Shown here: piece by piece, positions 50,396 to 60,012 of the stretch
Position numbering within the stretch: position 1 is the stretch's first letter
Layout of the letters: each line of letters opens with the position of its first letter
From: an uncultured Gemmatimonadales bacterium
GTDB lineage: Bacteria > Gemmatimonadota > Gemmatimonadetes > Longimicrobiales > RSA9
Direction of reading: 5' to 3'
Assembly: GCA_963783305.1 (NCBI GenBank)
Contig: CAWAMW010000017.1
Span: 128,001 to 192,000, forward strand
DNA: 64,000 nucleotides
Notes under the pieces: model-generated
Told to the model about the DNA's origin: nothing
The model's database searches: none
The model's input: the letters and a program-made list of their open reading frames with translations, nothing else
Translations under genes and position numbers: made by a program

Positions 50396-50941
50396 GTGAC
50401 GGAGGATGCCGGTCTGGTCCGACGCGCTCTGGTGGGCGATGAGCGCGCGTTCGAGACGCTGGTCCGACGCTACAGCGGACCGGCCTTCTCCATCGCGCTC
50501 GGGATCATGAAGGAGCCGGCGGATGCGGAGGACGTGGTCCAGGATTCGTTCGTGAAGGCGCTGGAGCGGCTGGAGGACTGCGACCCGGAGAAGTTCGGCG
50601 CGTGGTTCCTGCGGGTGGTGCGGAACCGGGCCCACAGTACGCGCCGCTACATGGGCGTGCGGGATGCCGCTCCGCTGGATTCGCTGCCCACGGCGTCGGA
50701 CGAGCCTGGGCCGCACCACGACGCCGAGCGCCGGCAGCTGCGAGCACGGCTGCTGGCGGCGATGGACGAGTTGACGGACGTGCAGCGGCAGGTGCTGATG
50801 CTGCACGACATCCAGGGGTGGAAGCACAGGGAGATCGGGGACATGCTCGAGATGCCGGAAGGAACCGTTCGGGCACACCTGTTTCACGCCCGCCGAGCCC
50901 TGAGACAGAATGACGCGCTGAAGCGCTCGATGGAGGGATAG
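50396..50941 (+). CDS. ECF RNA polymerase sigma factor
   Basis: GDERAFETLVRRY, DAEDVVQDSF, FGAWFLRV..N, EIG..L..PEGTVRAHLFHARR. Confidence 0.95.
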   Translation: MTEDAGLVRRALVGDERAFETLVRRYSGPAFSIALGIMKEPADAEDVVQDSFVKALERLEDCDPEKFGAWFLRVVRNRAHSTRRYMGVRDAAPLDSLPTASDEPGPHHDAERRQLRARLLAAMDELTDVQRQVLMLHDIQGWKHREIGDMLEMPEGTVRAHLFHARRALRQNDALKRSMEG

Positions 50942-50945
50942 ATAC

Positions 50946-51302
50946 ATGGAACCGGAACGAATCGACCTGAGCGCTCTCGACCCGGCGGCGGACTCGCTGG
51001 CGTACGAGAGGATGGTCCGCCGGATCATGGACGCGGCGGCGCCCGAGCTCACTCGCCGGACCCGTGAGACCGGTCCCCTCGGCCTGGTCGAGCGTTGGGC
51101 GCGGCCCACGCTCGCGGCCGCCGCCATCATCGCCGCCCTGGCCGCCGGTGCGCTCTTCGCGACCGAGCGGCCGGAGCCCGCCACGGCCGCCGCCTCGGGG
51201 CTCGAGGCGCTGGGCGTACCCTCCCCCGCCGCCGACTGGCTCGAGGCTGGCCGTCAGCCCGATGCCCGGGACCTGGTCCTCGCCATGGAGCGCCGGCGAT
51301 GA
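50946..51302 (+). CDS. Putative single-pass anti-sigma factor
   Basis: Directly after the ECF sigma gene; one TM segment. Confidence 0.65.
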   Translation: MEPERIDLSALDPAADSLAYERMVRRIMDAAAPELTRRTRETGPLGLVERWARPTLAAAAIIAALAAGALFATERPEPATAAASGLEALGVPSPAADWLEAGRQPDARDLVLAMERRR

Positions 51303-51688
51303 CCGCACTCTTCGGCCGCATGCGACTGCTGGGCGTGGCGCTGCTCGCCGCGACCTTCGTCGCTGGCGCTCTGTCCGGCGCCGCCATCGAGCGGGTCCTC
51401 GGCGCCGAGGAGCCGAGTGCAGCCCAGCACGGCAATGACGAGGATTCCCGCCGGTCCTACATCATCGACCAGGTCGAAATGACCGGGCAGCAGAGGACGA
51501 CGATCGACGCGATCCTCGAGCAGCGCTCAGACCGTATGCGCGCGGTGTGGCAGGAGGTCGAGCCCCGCATGGATGCCGTTACCGACTCGGCGCGCATGGA
51601 CATCATGGGAGTGCTCACCCCCGAGCAGCGGGCGGAATACGAGCGGAAGCTCGAGGAGCGGCGGAGCAGGAGGGGCTCCGGCGAGTAG
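51299..51688 (+). CDS. Periplasmic Spy/CpxP-like helical protein
   Basis: N-terminal hydrophobic anchor; MTGQQR and LTPEQR motifs; ATGA overlap. Confidence 0.7.
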   Translation: MTALFGRMRLLGVALLAATFVAGALSGAAIERVLGAEEPSAAQHGNDEDSRRSYIIDQVEMTGQQRTTIDAILEQRSDRMRAVWQEVEPRMDAVTDSARMDIMGVLTPEQRAEYERKLEERRSRRGSGE

Positions 51689-51810
51689 CGGCGACGGGTG
51701 GAACGGTCGCTGCGCTCCCTGGGGACCGCGTCGCTTCGCTCGCTATCGAACGCCTCGGCCTCCGGCCTCGCTATCGAACTTCGCAGCCGAGGTGGCTTGC
51801 AGCGGACCGG

Positions 51811-52779
51811 CTACGGCAGGAGCAGCAGCTTCCCCGACGTCCCGCGGCTCTCCAGCATGCGGTGCGCCCGCTCGGCCTCGTCGAGCGGGAGGATCTCGTG
51901 GATGCGCACGTCGAGGGACCCGTCGCGGACCGCGTCCAGCACTTCGCCAGCGCGCCACTCCACCTCCGCGCGACCGAGCGTATGGTGCGCCAGTGAGGGC
52001 CGCGTGAGGAAGAGCGACCCACCCTGCGCCAGCGCCTGCGGGTCGATGGGCTCCACGGGCCCGCTCGCCTGCCCGTACAGGACCAGCATCCCGCGCGGTC
52101 GAAGCGAGGCGAGGCTTTCCCGGAACGTGGCCTTCCCGACGGAGTCGTAGACGACGGTGGCGCCCCGGCCATCCGTCAGCCGCCGCACCTCCGGCCGGAA
52201 CTCGACCTTCGTGTACCGGATGACGTGGTCCGCGCCGGCCCGACGCACCCGCTCCGCCTTGTCTTCCGTCGAGCAGGTGCCGATCACGGTGGCACCCCGT
52301 GCCTTGGCCATCTGCACCAGCAGCAGCCCCACGCCGCCGGCGGCCGCGTGCACCACCGCCACGTCCTCCGGCCCCAGCGGGTACGTGCTGTTCACCAGGA
52401 AATGGGCGGTCATGCCCTGCACCATGACCGCGGCCGCGACCTCGATATCCACGCCCTCCGGGACCGGCACCAGGCGCCAGCCGGGGACGACCGCGGCCTC
52501 CGCGTAGCTCCCGGGACTCATGGCCCACGCCACCCGATCGCCCACGGCCACGTGCTCCACGTCCGGCCCGATGGCCTCCACGGTGCCGGCGCCCTCCACC
52601 CCCGGGATGAAGGGCCGATCCTTCGGGTACAGCCCCGTCCTGTGGTACGTGTCCACGTAGTTCACACCCGCCACCGCCACACGGACCCGCGCCTCGCCCG
52701 CGCCCGGCTCCGGCGGCTCAACTTCCTCCGGGCGCAGCACCTCCGGGCCGCCCGTCTCGTGCACACGGATCGCTCTCAT
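51811..52779 (-). CDS. qor: NADPH:quinone oxidoreductase (zeta-crystallin family)
   Basis: GGPEVL, GVNYVD, HAAAGGVG, VVYDSVGK, GSLFLTRP, GKLLL. Confidence 0.93.
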   Translation of the reverse strand: MRAIRVHETGGPEVLRPEEVEPPEPGAGEARVRVAVAGVNYVDTYHRTGLYPKDRPFIPGVEGAGTVEAIGPDVEHVAVGDRVAWAMSPGSYAEAAVVPGWRLVPVPEGVDIEVAAAVMVQGMTAHFLVNSTYPLGPEDVAVVHAAAGGVGLLLVQMAKARGATVIGTCSTEDKAERVRRAGADHVIRYTKVEFRPEVRRLTDGRGATVVYDSVGKATFRESLASLRPRGMLVLYGQASGPVEPIDPQALAQGGSLFLTRPSLAHHTLGRAEVEWRAGEVLDAVRDGSLDVRIHEILPLDEAERAHRMLESRGTSGKLLLLP

Positions 52780-54038
52780 TTCTCCTCCCCGCGCCCCGCC
52801 GTCGCGCCGTATTCGCGGCAGCACGCGTGCACCTCGTCCTCGGTCAGGGTGTGTCCTGATCCCTTCGCGAGCTCGAAGACCCGTCCGCACAGCCCCGCGT
52901 CCGTCGCGTCGTAGCCGTGCTCGCCCAGCCAGTGCTTCACATTGGACATCCCGCTCATGTGGCTGATCTCGATCTTCTGTCGTCGGCCGAAGTGGGCGGC
53001 GGGCACACCGCTGTACACCATGTCCGCAAGCCAGTCATCACCCTTCTCCTGCGCCTTGATGATGGCCGCCGCGTGCACACCCGTTCCCGTGCGGAAGGCG
53101 TCCGCGCCGATGACGGGGTAGTTGTCCGGGATCGGCACGCCCGTGGCCCGGGCTACGAGCTGGCAATACTCGTCGAGCCGGGAGAGGTCGTAGTCGTGGA
53201 GCCCGAGGAGCTTGAGGTTCACGAGCAGCAGGTCCATCTCCGTATTGCCCACCCGCTCCCCGATTCCCAGCGCGGAGCCGTGGACCCGGTCCACGCCCTC
53301 CTCGATGGCCGCCAGCGTGTTCGGCACGCCCAGCGCACGGTCACGGTGGCCGTGGAAATCCAGCTTCACGTCCTCACCGCTCGGCCCGATGACCGAGTCC
53401 TTCACGAACCGCACGAGCTGTCGGACCCCATGGGGCGTGGCGTGGCCCACGGTGTCGGCGATGCAGATCCGACGCGCACCCTGCTCGATCGCGGTGCCGT
53501 ACAGCCGGCTCAGCGTCTCCGGTGCAGCCCGGGTCGTGTCCTCCGTCACGTACATGACCGGCAGCCCCTCCGCCACCGCGAATCGGACCGCGTCCTCCGT
53601 AACCCGAAGCATCCGGTCGATCGTCCAGCCCTCCGCGTATTGACGGATGGGCGAGGAGCCGATGAAGGTGCACGCCTCGATGGGGATCCCCGTCTCCTGC
53701 GAGATGCGGGCGATGGGCTCGATGTCGGCGCGTACGGTCCGCGCCGCGCAGTTGGCGCCGATCGCCAGCCGCTGATCCGCGATCTCCCGGGCCAGCGCCC
53801 GCACATCCTCCACCGCCCTCGGCCCCGCTCCCGGAAGGCCGATATCCGCCGTGTGGATCCCCAGCGAGTCCATGAGGTGCAGGATGCGGATCTTGTCCTC
53901 GATGGATGGATCCCGCACCGACGGCGACTGGAGCCCGTCCCGGAGCGTCTCGTCGTCGAGCTCCACCGGCCGCAGCGACGCGTAGTCAAACGCGTCGCCG
54001 ACCGTGTTCCAGTCGTGGATGAGATCCTGCCGCTTCAT
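52776..54038 (-). CDS. LeuA/homocitrate synthase family (DRE-TIM) enzyme without C-terminal regulatory domain
   Basis: DETLRDGLQ, ADTVGH, HGHRD, GIGERVGN, GVHAAA. Confidence 0.88.
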   Translation of the reverse strand: MKRQDLIHDWNTVGDAFDYASLRPVELDDETLRDGLQSPSVRDPSIEDKIRILHLMDSLGIHTADIGLPGAGPRAVEDVRALAREIADQRLAIGANCAARTVRADIEPIARISQETGIPIEACTFIGSSPIRQYAEGWTIDRMLRVTEDAVRFAVAEGLPVMYVTEDTTRAAPETLSRLYGTAIEQGARRICIADTVGHATPHGVRQLVRFVKDSVIGPSGEDVKLDFHGHRDRALGVPNTLAAIEEGVDRVHGSALGIGERVGNTEMDLLLVNLKLLGLHDYDLSRLDEYCQLVARATGVPIPDNYPVIGADAFRTGTGVHAAAIIKAQEKGDDWLADMVYSGVPAAHFGRRQKIEISHMSGMSNVKHWLGEHGYDATDAGLCGRVFELAKGSGHTLTEDEVHACCREYGATAGRGEEK

Positions 54039-54072
54039 CTGGGGGGCCTCGCGGAGTCGGGGGGCGCGGGTC

Positions 54073-54102
54073 AAGATGTTCGGAGCGGGAGGGCGCTGTC
54101 AA
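54073..54102 (-). promoter_or_regulatory. Possible sigma70-type promoter for the LeuA-family/qor genes
   Basis: TTGACA-18 nt-CATCTT on the minus strand. Confidence 0.45.
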
Positions 54103-54191
54103 TCATTGGACGCTCGCTGTTGGGGCGCTCGCTGTTGGCTGCTCAGCTCATTCGCGTCCCCTCCGTTGTCCCCCCATCAACAGGGAGCGGG

Positions 54192-55190
54192 TCAGCGCGA
54201 CTGGCCGTCTATGACGGAGTCCGCGGCCACGCTGACGCTGCCCGTCACGCCCCTGACCACGGCCCGATCGCCGATGACGGAGTCGTGGAGGTCGCAGTCC
54301 TCGATCACCACGTCGCGGCCCACAATGCAGTCACGTAGCTCGGAGCGCTGGATGGTGGTGCCCTCCTCGAGCGTCACGTTCGGCCCGATCCGCGCCGATT
54401 CCACGGTCACCCCGGGCTCTATCCGCACCGGATCGTCGAACGACGAATCCCGGGCCCCATCCGGAGCGCGACCGCGCGTGGTCTCGAGCAGGTGTTGGTT
54501 GGTTTCAATGAGCGTGCCCGGCTTGCCGCAGTCGTACCACCCCTCCACCTCGGCGGTCCGGATGCGGGCGCCCTTGTCGATCATGTACTGGAAGGCGTCG
54601 GTCAGGTAGTACTCCCCACCGGGCCCCAGGGTGCTCTTCAGTGTGTCGTTGATCCCCTCGAAGAGGAGCTGCCAGTCCCGGATGTAGTACAGCCCGATGT
54701 TCGCCAGTTTCGAGATCGGGTCCTGCGGCTTCTCGATGATCCGCTCCATGTACCCATCGTCATCCGTGACGATGACCCCGAAGCGCTGGTAGTCGTCCAC
54801 CTCTTTCGCCCAGATGACGCCCGCGTCCTCCTCCGGCAGCCGCTTCACCAGCGACAGGTCGGTGTCGAAGAGCGTGTCCACGAAGATGATGAGCAGGTCC
54901 TCGTCAATGTACGGCTCTGCGAGCTTTACGGCTCCCGCGGTCCCGTCCTGGACCTCCTGCTCCACGAAGTGCGACGTGAACTCGGGGTACTCTTTCTCGA
55001 TGTACGCCTCGATCGTCTCCTTCATGTACCCCGTGATGAAGACCGCCTCGTCGACGCCCAGATCCCGGAGGTCATCCAGGATGTAGCTCATGACGGGTCG
55101 GCCACCCACGTGCACCAGCGGTTTCGGCGTGGTGTACGTGTGCGGACGGAGGCGTGTGCCCTTCCCGGCCAGCGGTATGACGACCTTCAC
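54192..55190 (-). CDS. Sugar-phosphate nucleotidyltransferase with C-terminal left-handed beta-helix
   Basis: AGGAG RBS, GTG start; LAGKGTRLRPHT..PKPL, FGVI, EKP, GEYYLTDA, WYDCG. Confidence 0.93.
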   Translation of the reverse strand: MKVVIPLAGKGTRLRPHTYTTPKPLVHVGGRPVMSYILDDLRDLGVDEAVFITGYMKETIEAYIEKEYPEFTSHFVEQEVQDGTAGAVKLAEPYIDEDLLIIFVDTLFDTDLSLVKRLPEEDAGVIWAKEVDDYQRFGVIVTDDDGYMERIIEKPQDPISKLANIGLYYIRDWQLLFEGINDTLKSTLGPGGEYYLTDAFQYMIDKGARIRTAEVEGWYDCGKPGTLIETNQHLLETTRGRAPDGARDSSFDDPVRIEPGVTVESARIGPNVTLEEGTTIQRSELRDCIVGRDVVIEDCDLHDSVIGDRAVVRGVTGSVSVAADSVIDGQSR

Positions 55191-55346
55191 TTCGACTCCT
55201 CGTTGAATGCGCGCTCCCACCGGCTCTGCGGGCATGCAAGCTCGGTTCCCAGCGCGGCAGAATACCCGTCGTGACCCACACCTGCCAGGTGCGCACCCGA
55301 CAGCTCCCGTCTCGCGTTGGCTCGACACGTGCTCTATTTTCCGGGC

Positions 55347-56075
55347 ATGAGAACCATTGCTACAGTACTCGTCGCGCTCGTCATCGGCGCCTGCTCGGCC
55401 CACCCGCGCCCGGTCGCCGCGCAGCTCCAGGACGTCGCGGACCCGCCGATCCCCACGATCAATGTCAGCGCCAACGCCACCGTCCGGCGCGCGCCCGACG
55501 TGGCCGTGATCCAGCTGGCCGTGGAGACCATCGCCCCCACTGCGCGCGAGGCCACGGACAGGAACACCGCCCTCATGGACGCCGTACTGGCAGCCGTGCG
55601 GGGCCGGGACGTCCCCCCGTCCGCCATCCGCACACAGCGACTGGATCTCCAGCCGCGCTATCAGGACCGGAGGGATGCGGACCCCGAGATCGTCGGGTAT
55701 CGCGCGCTCAACCAGGTGACCGTCCGCCTCAATGACGTCGCGGCCACCGGACCCGTCGTGGACGCCGCCGTGCGCGCGGGCGCCAACCGGGTGACAGGGA
55801 TCCACTTCGAGCTATCGGACCCGCAGTCGGCGTATCACGAGGCGCTCCGGGATGCGGTGGCGCAGGCGCGTGCCGAGGCCGAGGTTCTGGCAGCGGCGCT
55901 GGGTCGCACCCTGGGCGAGCCCCTGAACGTATCGACCGGGGGGTTCAACCCGCCGCGGCCAATGTTCCGCGCGGAGTCCATGGCCGCCATGGATCAGGCA
56001 GGCCCTCCGCCCGTGGAGCCGGGCGAGGTGGAGGTGCAGGCAAACGTCAGCATCGCGTGGCGCCTGGGGACGTGA
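55347..56075 (+). CDS. SIMPL (DUF541) domain protein
   Basis: Signal with GAC; APDVAVI, IRT..L.LQPRY, GY.A.N, AGAN, PVEPGE. Confidence 0.9.
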   Translation: MRTIATVLVALVIGACSAHPRPVAAQLQDVADPPIPTINVSANATVRRAPDVAVIQLAVETIAPTAREATDRNTALMDAVLAAVRGRDVPPSAIRTQRLDLQPRYQDRRDADPEIVGYRALNQVTVRLNDVAATGPVVDAAVRAGANRVTGIHFELSDPQSAYHEALRDAVAQARAEAEVLAAALGRTLGEPLNVSTGGFNPPRPMFRAESMAAMDQAGPPPVEPGEVEVQANVSIAWRLGT

Positions 56076-56524
56076 TCGGGGGCCTGATCGACGCGTTCGT
56101 TCGCGGGCTCACGCGGAACGCCGCCTTCACTTCACCGGGGGCGGAAGACCCCCGTCTCGTCGGCCGCACCTACGCCGTCCCGTTCGAGGAGGTGTGGCAG
56201 GCGTCGCTCGACCTCGTCGGTGGCGGAATCCCGCGCTGGGAGATCGTCGAGTCCGACGACCAGGAGGGGATCATCCGGGGTGTCGCTCACGGCCGCATGG
56301 AGCGGTTCACCAGCACCATTACAGTCCGGATCACCCTCGACCGGGACGCCCAGACACGCGTCGATGCCATCGCCGCCTCCCGCGCCGGCCGCGCCGATCT
56401 GGGCTCCAACGCCCGTTGGCTGCACCGCTACTTCAGGACGCTCGATCGCCGCATCGAGGACGATCACGGCCGCGCCATCGCCGCACTCCGCCTCGATACC
56501 GCGCACGCCGGCGCGCGGCTCTGA
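56072..56524 (+). CDS. DUF1499-like protein
   Basis: TRVD..ASR.G.ADLGSNAR motif; GTGA overlap. Confidence 0.75.
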   Translation: MIGGLIDAFVRGLTRNAAFTSPGAEDPRLVGRTYAVPFEEVWQASLDLVGGGIPRWEIVESDDQEGIIRGVAHGRMERFTSTITVRITLDRDAQTRVDAIAASRAGRADLGSNARWLHRYFRTLDRRIEDDHGRAIAALRLDTAHAGARL

Positions 56525-56566
56525 ACCCGCCGCCGCCCGCCACTGCCCCGATCGGAGGCCCGGCCG

Positions 56567-57460
56567 ATGATCATCGATTTTCACACCCACCCCTGGATGC
56601 CGCGGCGTCTGAACGGCGCCACCGAGGCGTTCATCCGCGGGATCTCGCCTGCGGTCGCGCAGCACGGCGATCGGCTGGAGGACCCCGCGTTCGCCGCCAA
56701 TGTCCTCCGTTCGGAAGGCGTCCACCGCGCCGTAGTCCTCCCGGAGCACTGCCCCGAGACCTCGGGCAACGTGAGGACCGGAGACGTCCTCGCCTTCTGC
56801 GCGGCCGCACCCGACTTCTACCTCCCGTTCGCGTCCATCAACCCGAACCTCGACCCGGACCCCGCCGCACTCCTGGCGGACTATGTGGAGGCTGGCGTCC
56901 GCGGACTGAAGATCTACCCGTCCTACCAGTTCTTCACTCCGGATGAAGAGCGCCTGTACCCGGTATACGACGTATGCCAGACCGCCGGGATCCCACTCCT
57001 GGTGCACGTAGGCAGCTCCGTCATACCCGGCACCCGCCTCGAGTACTGCCACCCCCGTTACCTCGAGCCCGTCGCCCGCCAGTTCCCGGGCCTGCCTGTG
57101 GTGATGGCGCACGGCGGACGCGGCCACTGGTATCGGGAGTGCGCCGAGCTCACGGCCGCCCTACCCAACGTCTACATCGACGTGACCGGACTCGTGCCGT
57201 CACGACTGCTGGAACATTTCCCGGAGCTCCCCTCCCTCGCCGGGCAGGTAGTGTTCGGGAGCGACTGGCCCGCCATGCCGAAGAGCGTGGCCCACAATGT
57301 GGCGGCCGTGCGCGCCCTGGGCCTCCACGATGACGCCGTGGACGCCATCCTGTGGCGCAATGCCGCACGGCTTCTCCACCTCGATGAGCCCCGCCGACCC
57401 ACGCCTCCTCACGCGAGGACGTCTGGTTCGGATCATGCGTTGAATCCCTCCGATTCCTGA
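56567..57460 (+). CDS. Amidohydrolase family 2 metal-dependent hydrolase
   Basis: IDFHTH, GLKIYP, LVHVG, MAHGG, NVYID, FGSDWP. Confidence 0.92.
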   Translation: MIIDFHTHPWMPRRLNGATEAFIRGISPAVAQHGDRLEDPAFAANVLRSEGVHRAVVLPEHCPETSGNVRTGDVLAFCAAAPDFYLPFASINPNLDPDPAALLADYVEAGVRGLKIYPSYQFFTPDEERLYPVYDVCQTAGIPLLVHVGSSVIPGTRLEYCHPRYLEPVARQFPGLPVVMAHGGRGHWYRECAELTAALPNVYIDVTGLVPSRLLEHFPELPSLAGQVVFGSDWPAMPKSVAHNVAAVRALGLHDDAVDAILWRNAARLLHLDEPRRPTPPHARTSGSDHALNPSDS

Positions 57461-57477
57461 ACCTGAACCGCTTGCCC

Positions 57478-59925
57478 ATGTCGCCAATCCCCGATCCGAC
57501 GACGGTCCCGCTCCTGCCCCTCCGGAGCACCGCCATCTACCCGTCCGCCGCGCTCTCGGTACAGATCGGGATCGAGGCGAGCCTCGCCATGCTCGGCGCC
57601 CACACCGGAGAGGGGCTGGAGGTCGTGACGGCTCTGGACTACGGCACCGGCGACGATCCCGTCGACCCTCGCAAGCTCCGCAAGATCGGGGTGCTCGCCC
57701 GGATCACGGACCGCCTCCACCTGCCGGGGGGGTCCATGCAGGTGACGGTGCAGGGGCTGCGGCGCGTGCGGATCCGGAAGCTCACCCACCCCGACGGCTA
57801 CCTGATGGCCACCATCGAGGAGGTCGAGGAGGAGCGGGCAACCGACGAGGCCGCCGAGGGGCTGATGGCACGCATTATCGCGGCCCTCGAAACGCTCTCC
57901 GCTGAGGTGGAGCGAGTGTCCGCCGAGATCCCGGCCGTGCTTCGTATGAACGTCGGCAAGCCGGGCCGCTTCGCCGACCTCGTCGCAACGCTCGCGAACT
58001 TTACGGTCCGGAACAAGGACGAGGTGCTCCAGCGGCTCGACATCACCGCCCGACTGGATTTCGTCCTCCAGCAGCTCGAGGACGAGCTCACGCACCTCCG
58101 TGAGATGGCCGCCGAAGCGGCCGACAGCGCGGAGCCCCGGGCCGGGGGCGACCCCGAACGCCCACGCCGGCCGCGCCGCCAGCGGGCTTCGGAGCTGCGC
58201 CGCAGCATCAAGCGGCTCCAGGTGGAGCTCGGACGCGTGGATCCCGCGGAGCGCGAGGCGGTCCACCTCCTCCGACGCATCGACGCCATCGAGCTGCCGA
58301 TCCACGTGGCCGCCCGGATCCGGCAGGAGGTGGAACGGCTGAGGGCCATCGAGCCCGGGGGTCCCGAGGCCCAGGAGATCCGGACGTACATCGACTGGCT
58401 GCTGGCGATGCCCTGGGAGGAGCGGGCCACCGGGAGTCCCCGTGAGATCGACCTGGAGGCCGTCCGGCTCGCCCTGGACAACGAGCTGCTCGGTCTCGAT
58501 GAGCCGAAGGAGCGGCTGCTGGATGACCTCGCGGTCGCTCGCCTCCGCGGCGACCTCGAAGGCCCCATCCCCTGCATCGTCGGACCGCCCCACGTGGGCA
58601 AGACCACCCTCGCCGCCGCCGTCGCACACGGCCTCCGCCGACCCCTCGCCCGCGTCGATATCGACGGACGGGGCGAGGCGGACCTCATCGGCGTCCGCCG
58701 CACTCAGCGCGATGCGGCCGCTGGCAAGATCGCGCAGTCGCTCCGCGACGTGGGCGTGTGCGATCCCGTCCTCCTGTTGGAGGAAGTGGACCTGGCCGGC
58801 GCCGGAAAGGTGGAGGGTGACCCCGCCGACGCACTCGTGGAGGCGCTGCGGTGGCCGGAGCGGAAATCGTTTGTCGACCGCTACCTCGATGTGTCCTTCG
58901 ACCTCTCCCGCGCCATCGTGATCGCCACCGCCTACGATTTCCACCGGATCCCGCGGGACCTGCGGGAGATGATGGTCGAGATCCGGATCGCCGGATATAC
59001 ACCGGAGGAGAAGGTGGCCATATCCCGGCAGCGGCTCCTGCCGCGCCTGATCCGGGACCACGGCCTCGAGCCGGATGACGTCCGCTTCACCGATGACACC
59101 CTCTACGACCTGATCCGCGGGTATGCGCGCGACACGGGGCTCGAGCGGACGAGGCGAACCCTCGCCACCCTCCTTCGGACCCGCGCCCGCGCCAAGGCGT
59201 CCGGACAGGACGGGGTCTGGGAGTTCGGGACGGAGCGCATCGAGGAGATCCTCGGGCCGCCGCGCTATGTCGCTACGCCCGCCGAGAGCGCGCCCGAGGT
59301 GGGCGTCGTCACGGGCCTGGCCTGGACCGCCGCGGGGGGCGAGCTCCTCTTCATCGAGGCGCTCAGCATGCCCGGCAGCGGACGCCTCTTCATCACCGGC
59401 CACCTCGGCGATGTCATGAAGGAGTCGGTCAACGCCGCGTACTCCTACGTCCGCAGCCGCGCCGCCGAGCTCGGCATCCGCGATGGCGACTTCGGCGAGA
59501 TCGACGTCCACGTCCACTTCCCCGTGGGCGCCGTCCCCAAGGACGGCCCTTCCGCAGGAGTCGCCGTCACCCTCGCCCTCGCCTCCACCCTGGCCGGTCT
59601 CCCCGTTCGCCACGACATCGCCATGTCCGGCGAGGTCACGCTCCGCGGGAAAGTGCTGGAGGTCGGCGGCATCAAGGAGAAGGTCCTGGCCGCCTACCGC
59701 GCCGGCATTCGTGAGATCATCCTCCCCGCGGGCAACGAGCGCGACCTGCGGGACGTGCCCGAGAACACCCGCTCCAGGATCGACTTCTACTTCGTCGAGC
59801 GGATGGACGAGGTGCTGGAGCTCGCCCTCATGCGCGGCCCCGAGAAGTCGGCCGACCGAGCCGGCAAGACACCGCGCCGTGAGAAGGCCGAGTCCGGCGA
59901 CGAGCGGGTGGCGAAAGAGCGCTAG
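57478..59925 (+). CDS. lon: Lon (LonA-architecture) protease with divergent AAA+ module
   Basis: N-domain PLLPLR, Walker A GPPHVGKT, protease motifs [19 protein letters not shown]. Confidence 0.9.
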   Translation: MSPIPDPTTVPLLPLRSTAIYPSAALSVQIGIEASLAMLGAHTGEGLEVVTALDYGTGDDPVDPRKLRKIGVLARITDRLHLPGGSMQVTVQGLRRVRIRKLTHPDGYLMATIEEVEEERATDEAAEGLMARIIAALETLSAEVERVSAEIPAVLRMNVGKPGRFADLVATLANFTVRNKDEVLQRLDITARLDFVLQQLEDELTHLREMAAEAADSAEPRAGGDPERPRRPRRQRASELRRSIKRLQVELGRVDPAEREAVHLLRRIDAIELPIHVAARIRQEVERLRAIEPGGPEAQEIRTYIDWLLAMPWEERATGSPREIDLEAVRLALDNELLGLDEPKERLLDDLAVARLRGDLEGPIPCIVGPPHVGKTTLAAAVAHGLRRPLARVDIDGRGEADLIGVRRTQRDAAAGKIAQSLRDVGVCDPVLLLEEVDLAGAGKVEGDPADALVEALRWPERKSFVDRYLDVSFDLSRAIVIATAYDFHRIPRDLREMMVEIRIAGYTPEEKVAISRQRLLPRLIRDHGLEPDDVRFTDDTLYDLIRGYARDTGLERTRRTLATLLRTRARAKASGQDGVWEFGTERIEEILGPPRYVATPAESAPEVGVVTGLAWTAAGGELLFIEALSMPGSGRLFITGHLGDVMKESVNAAYSYVRSRAAELGIRDGDFGEIDVHVHFPVGAVPKDGPSAGVAVTLALASTLAGLPVRHDIAMSGEVTLRGKVLEVGGIKEKVLAAYRAGIREIILPAGNERDLRDVPENTRSRIDFYFVERMDEVLELALMRGPEKSADRAGKTPRREKAESGDERVAKER

Positions 59926-60012
59926 CGGGGGCGAGCAAAGCGAGGCCGCAGGCCAAGCCCCGACAGCGCGCGTCAGCGCGCGTCCCAACAGCCGCGCGTC
60001 AGCGCCGCGACC

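Noticed and set aside
50195..51184. N-terminal extension of the 1285-aa TonB ORF, and similar extensions of susC, phoR, pstS and the nucleotidyltransferase
   Set aside because: The extensions overlap other genes or promoters; internal starts with an RBS, translational coupling or a signal peptide fit better.
57433..59988. 851-aa antisense ORF, and similar long shadow ORFs such as 9631-11136, 24036-25622, 36245-37966, 48338-50311 and 60034-61317
   Set aside because: They lie opposite well-supported genes, lack motifs and are expected from high-GC codon bias.
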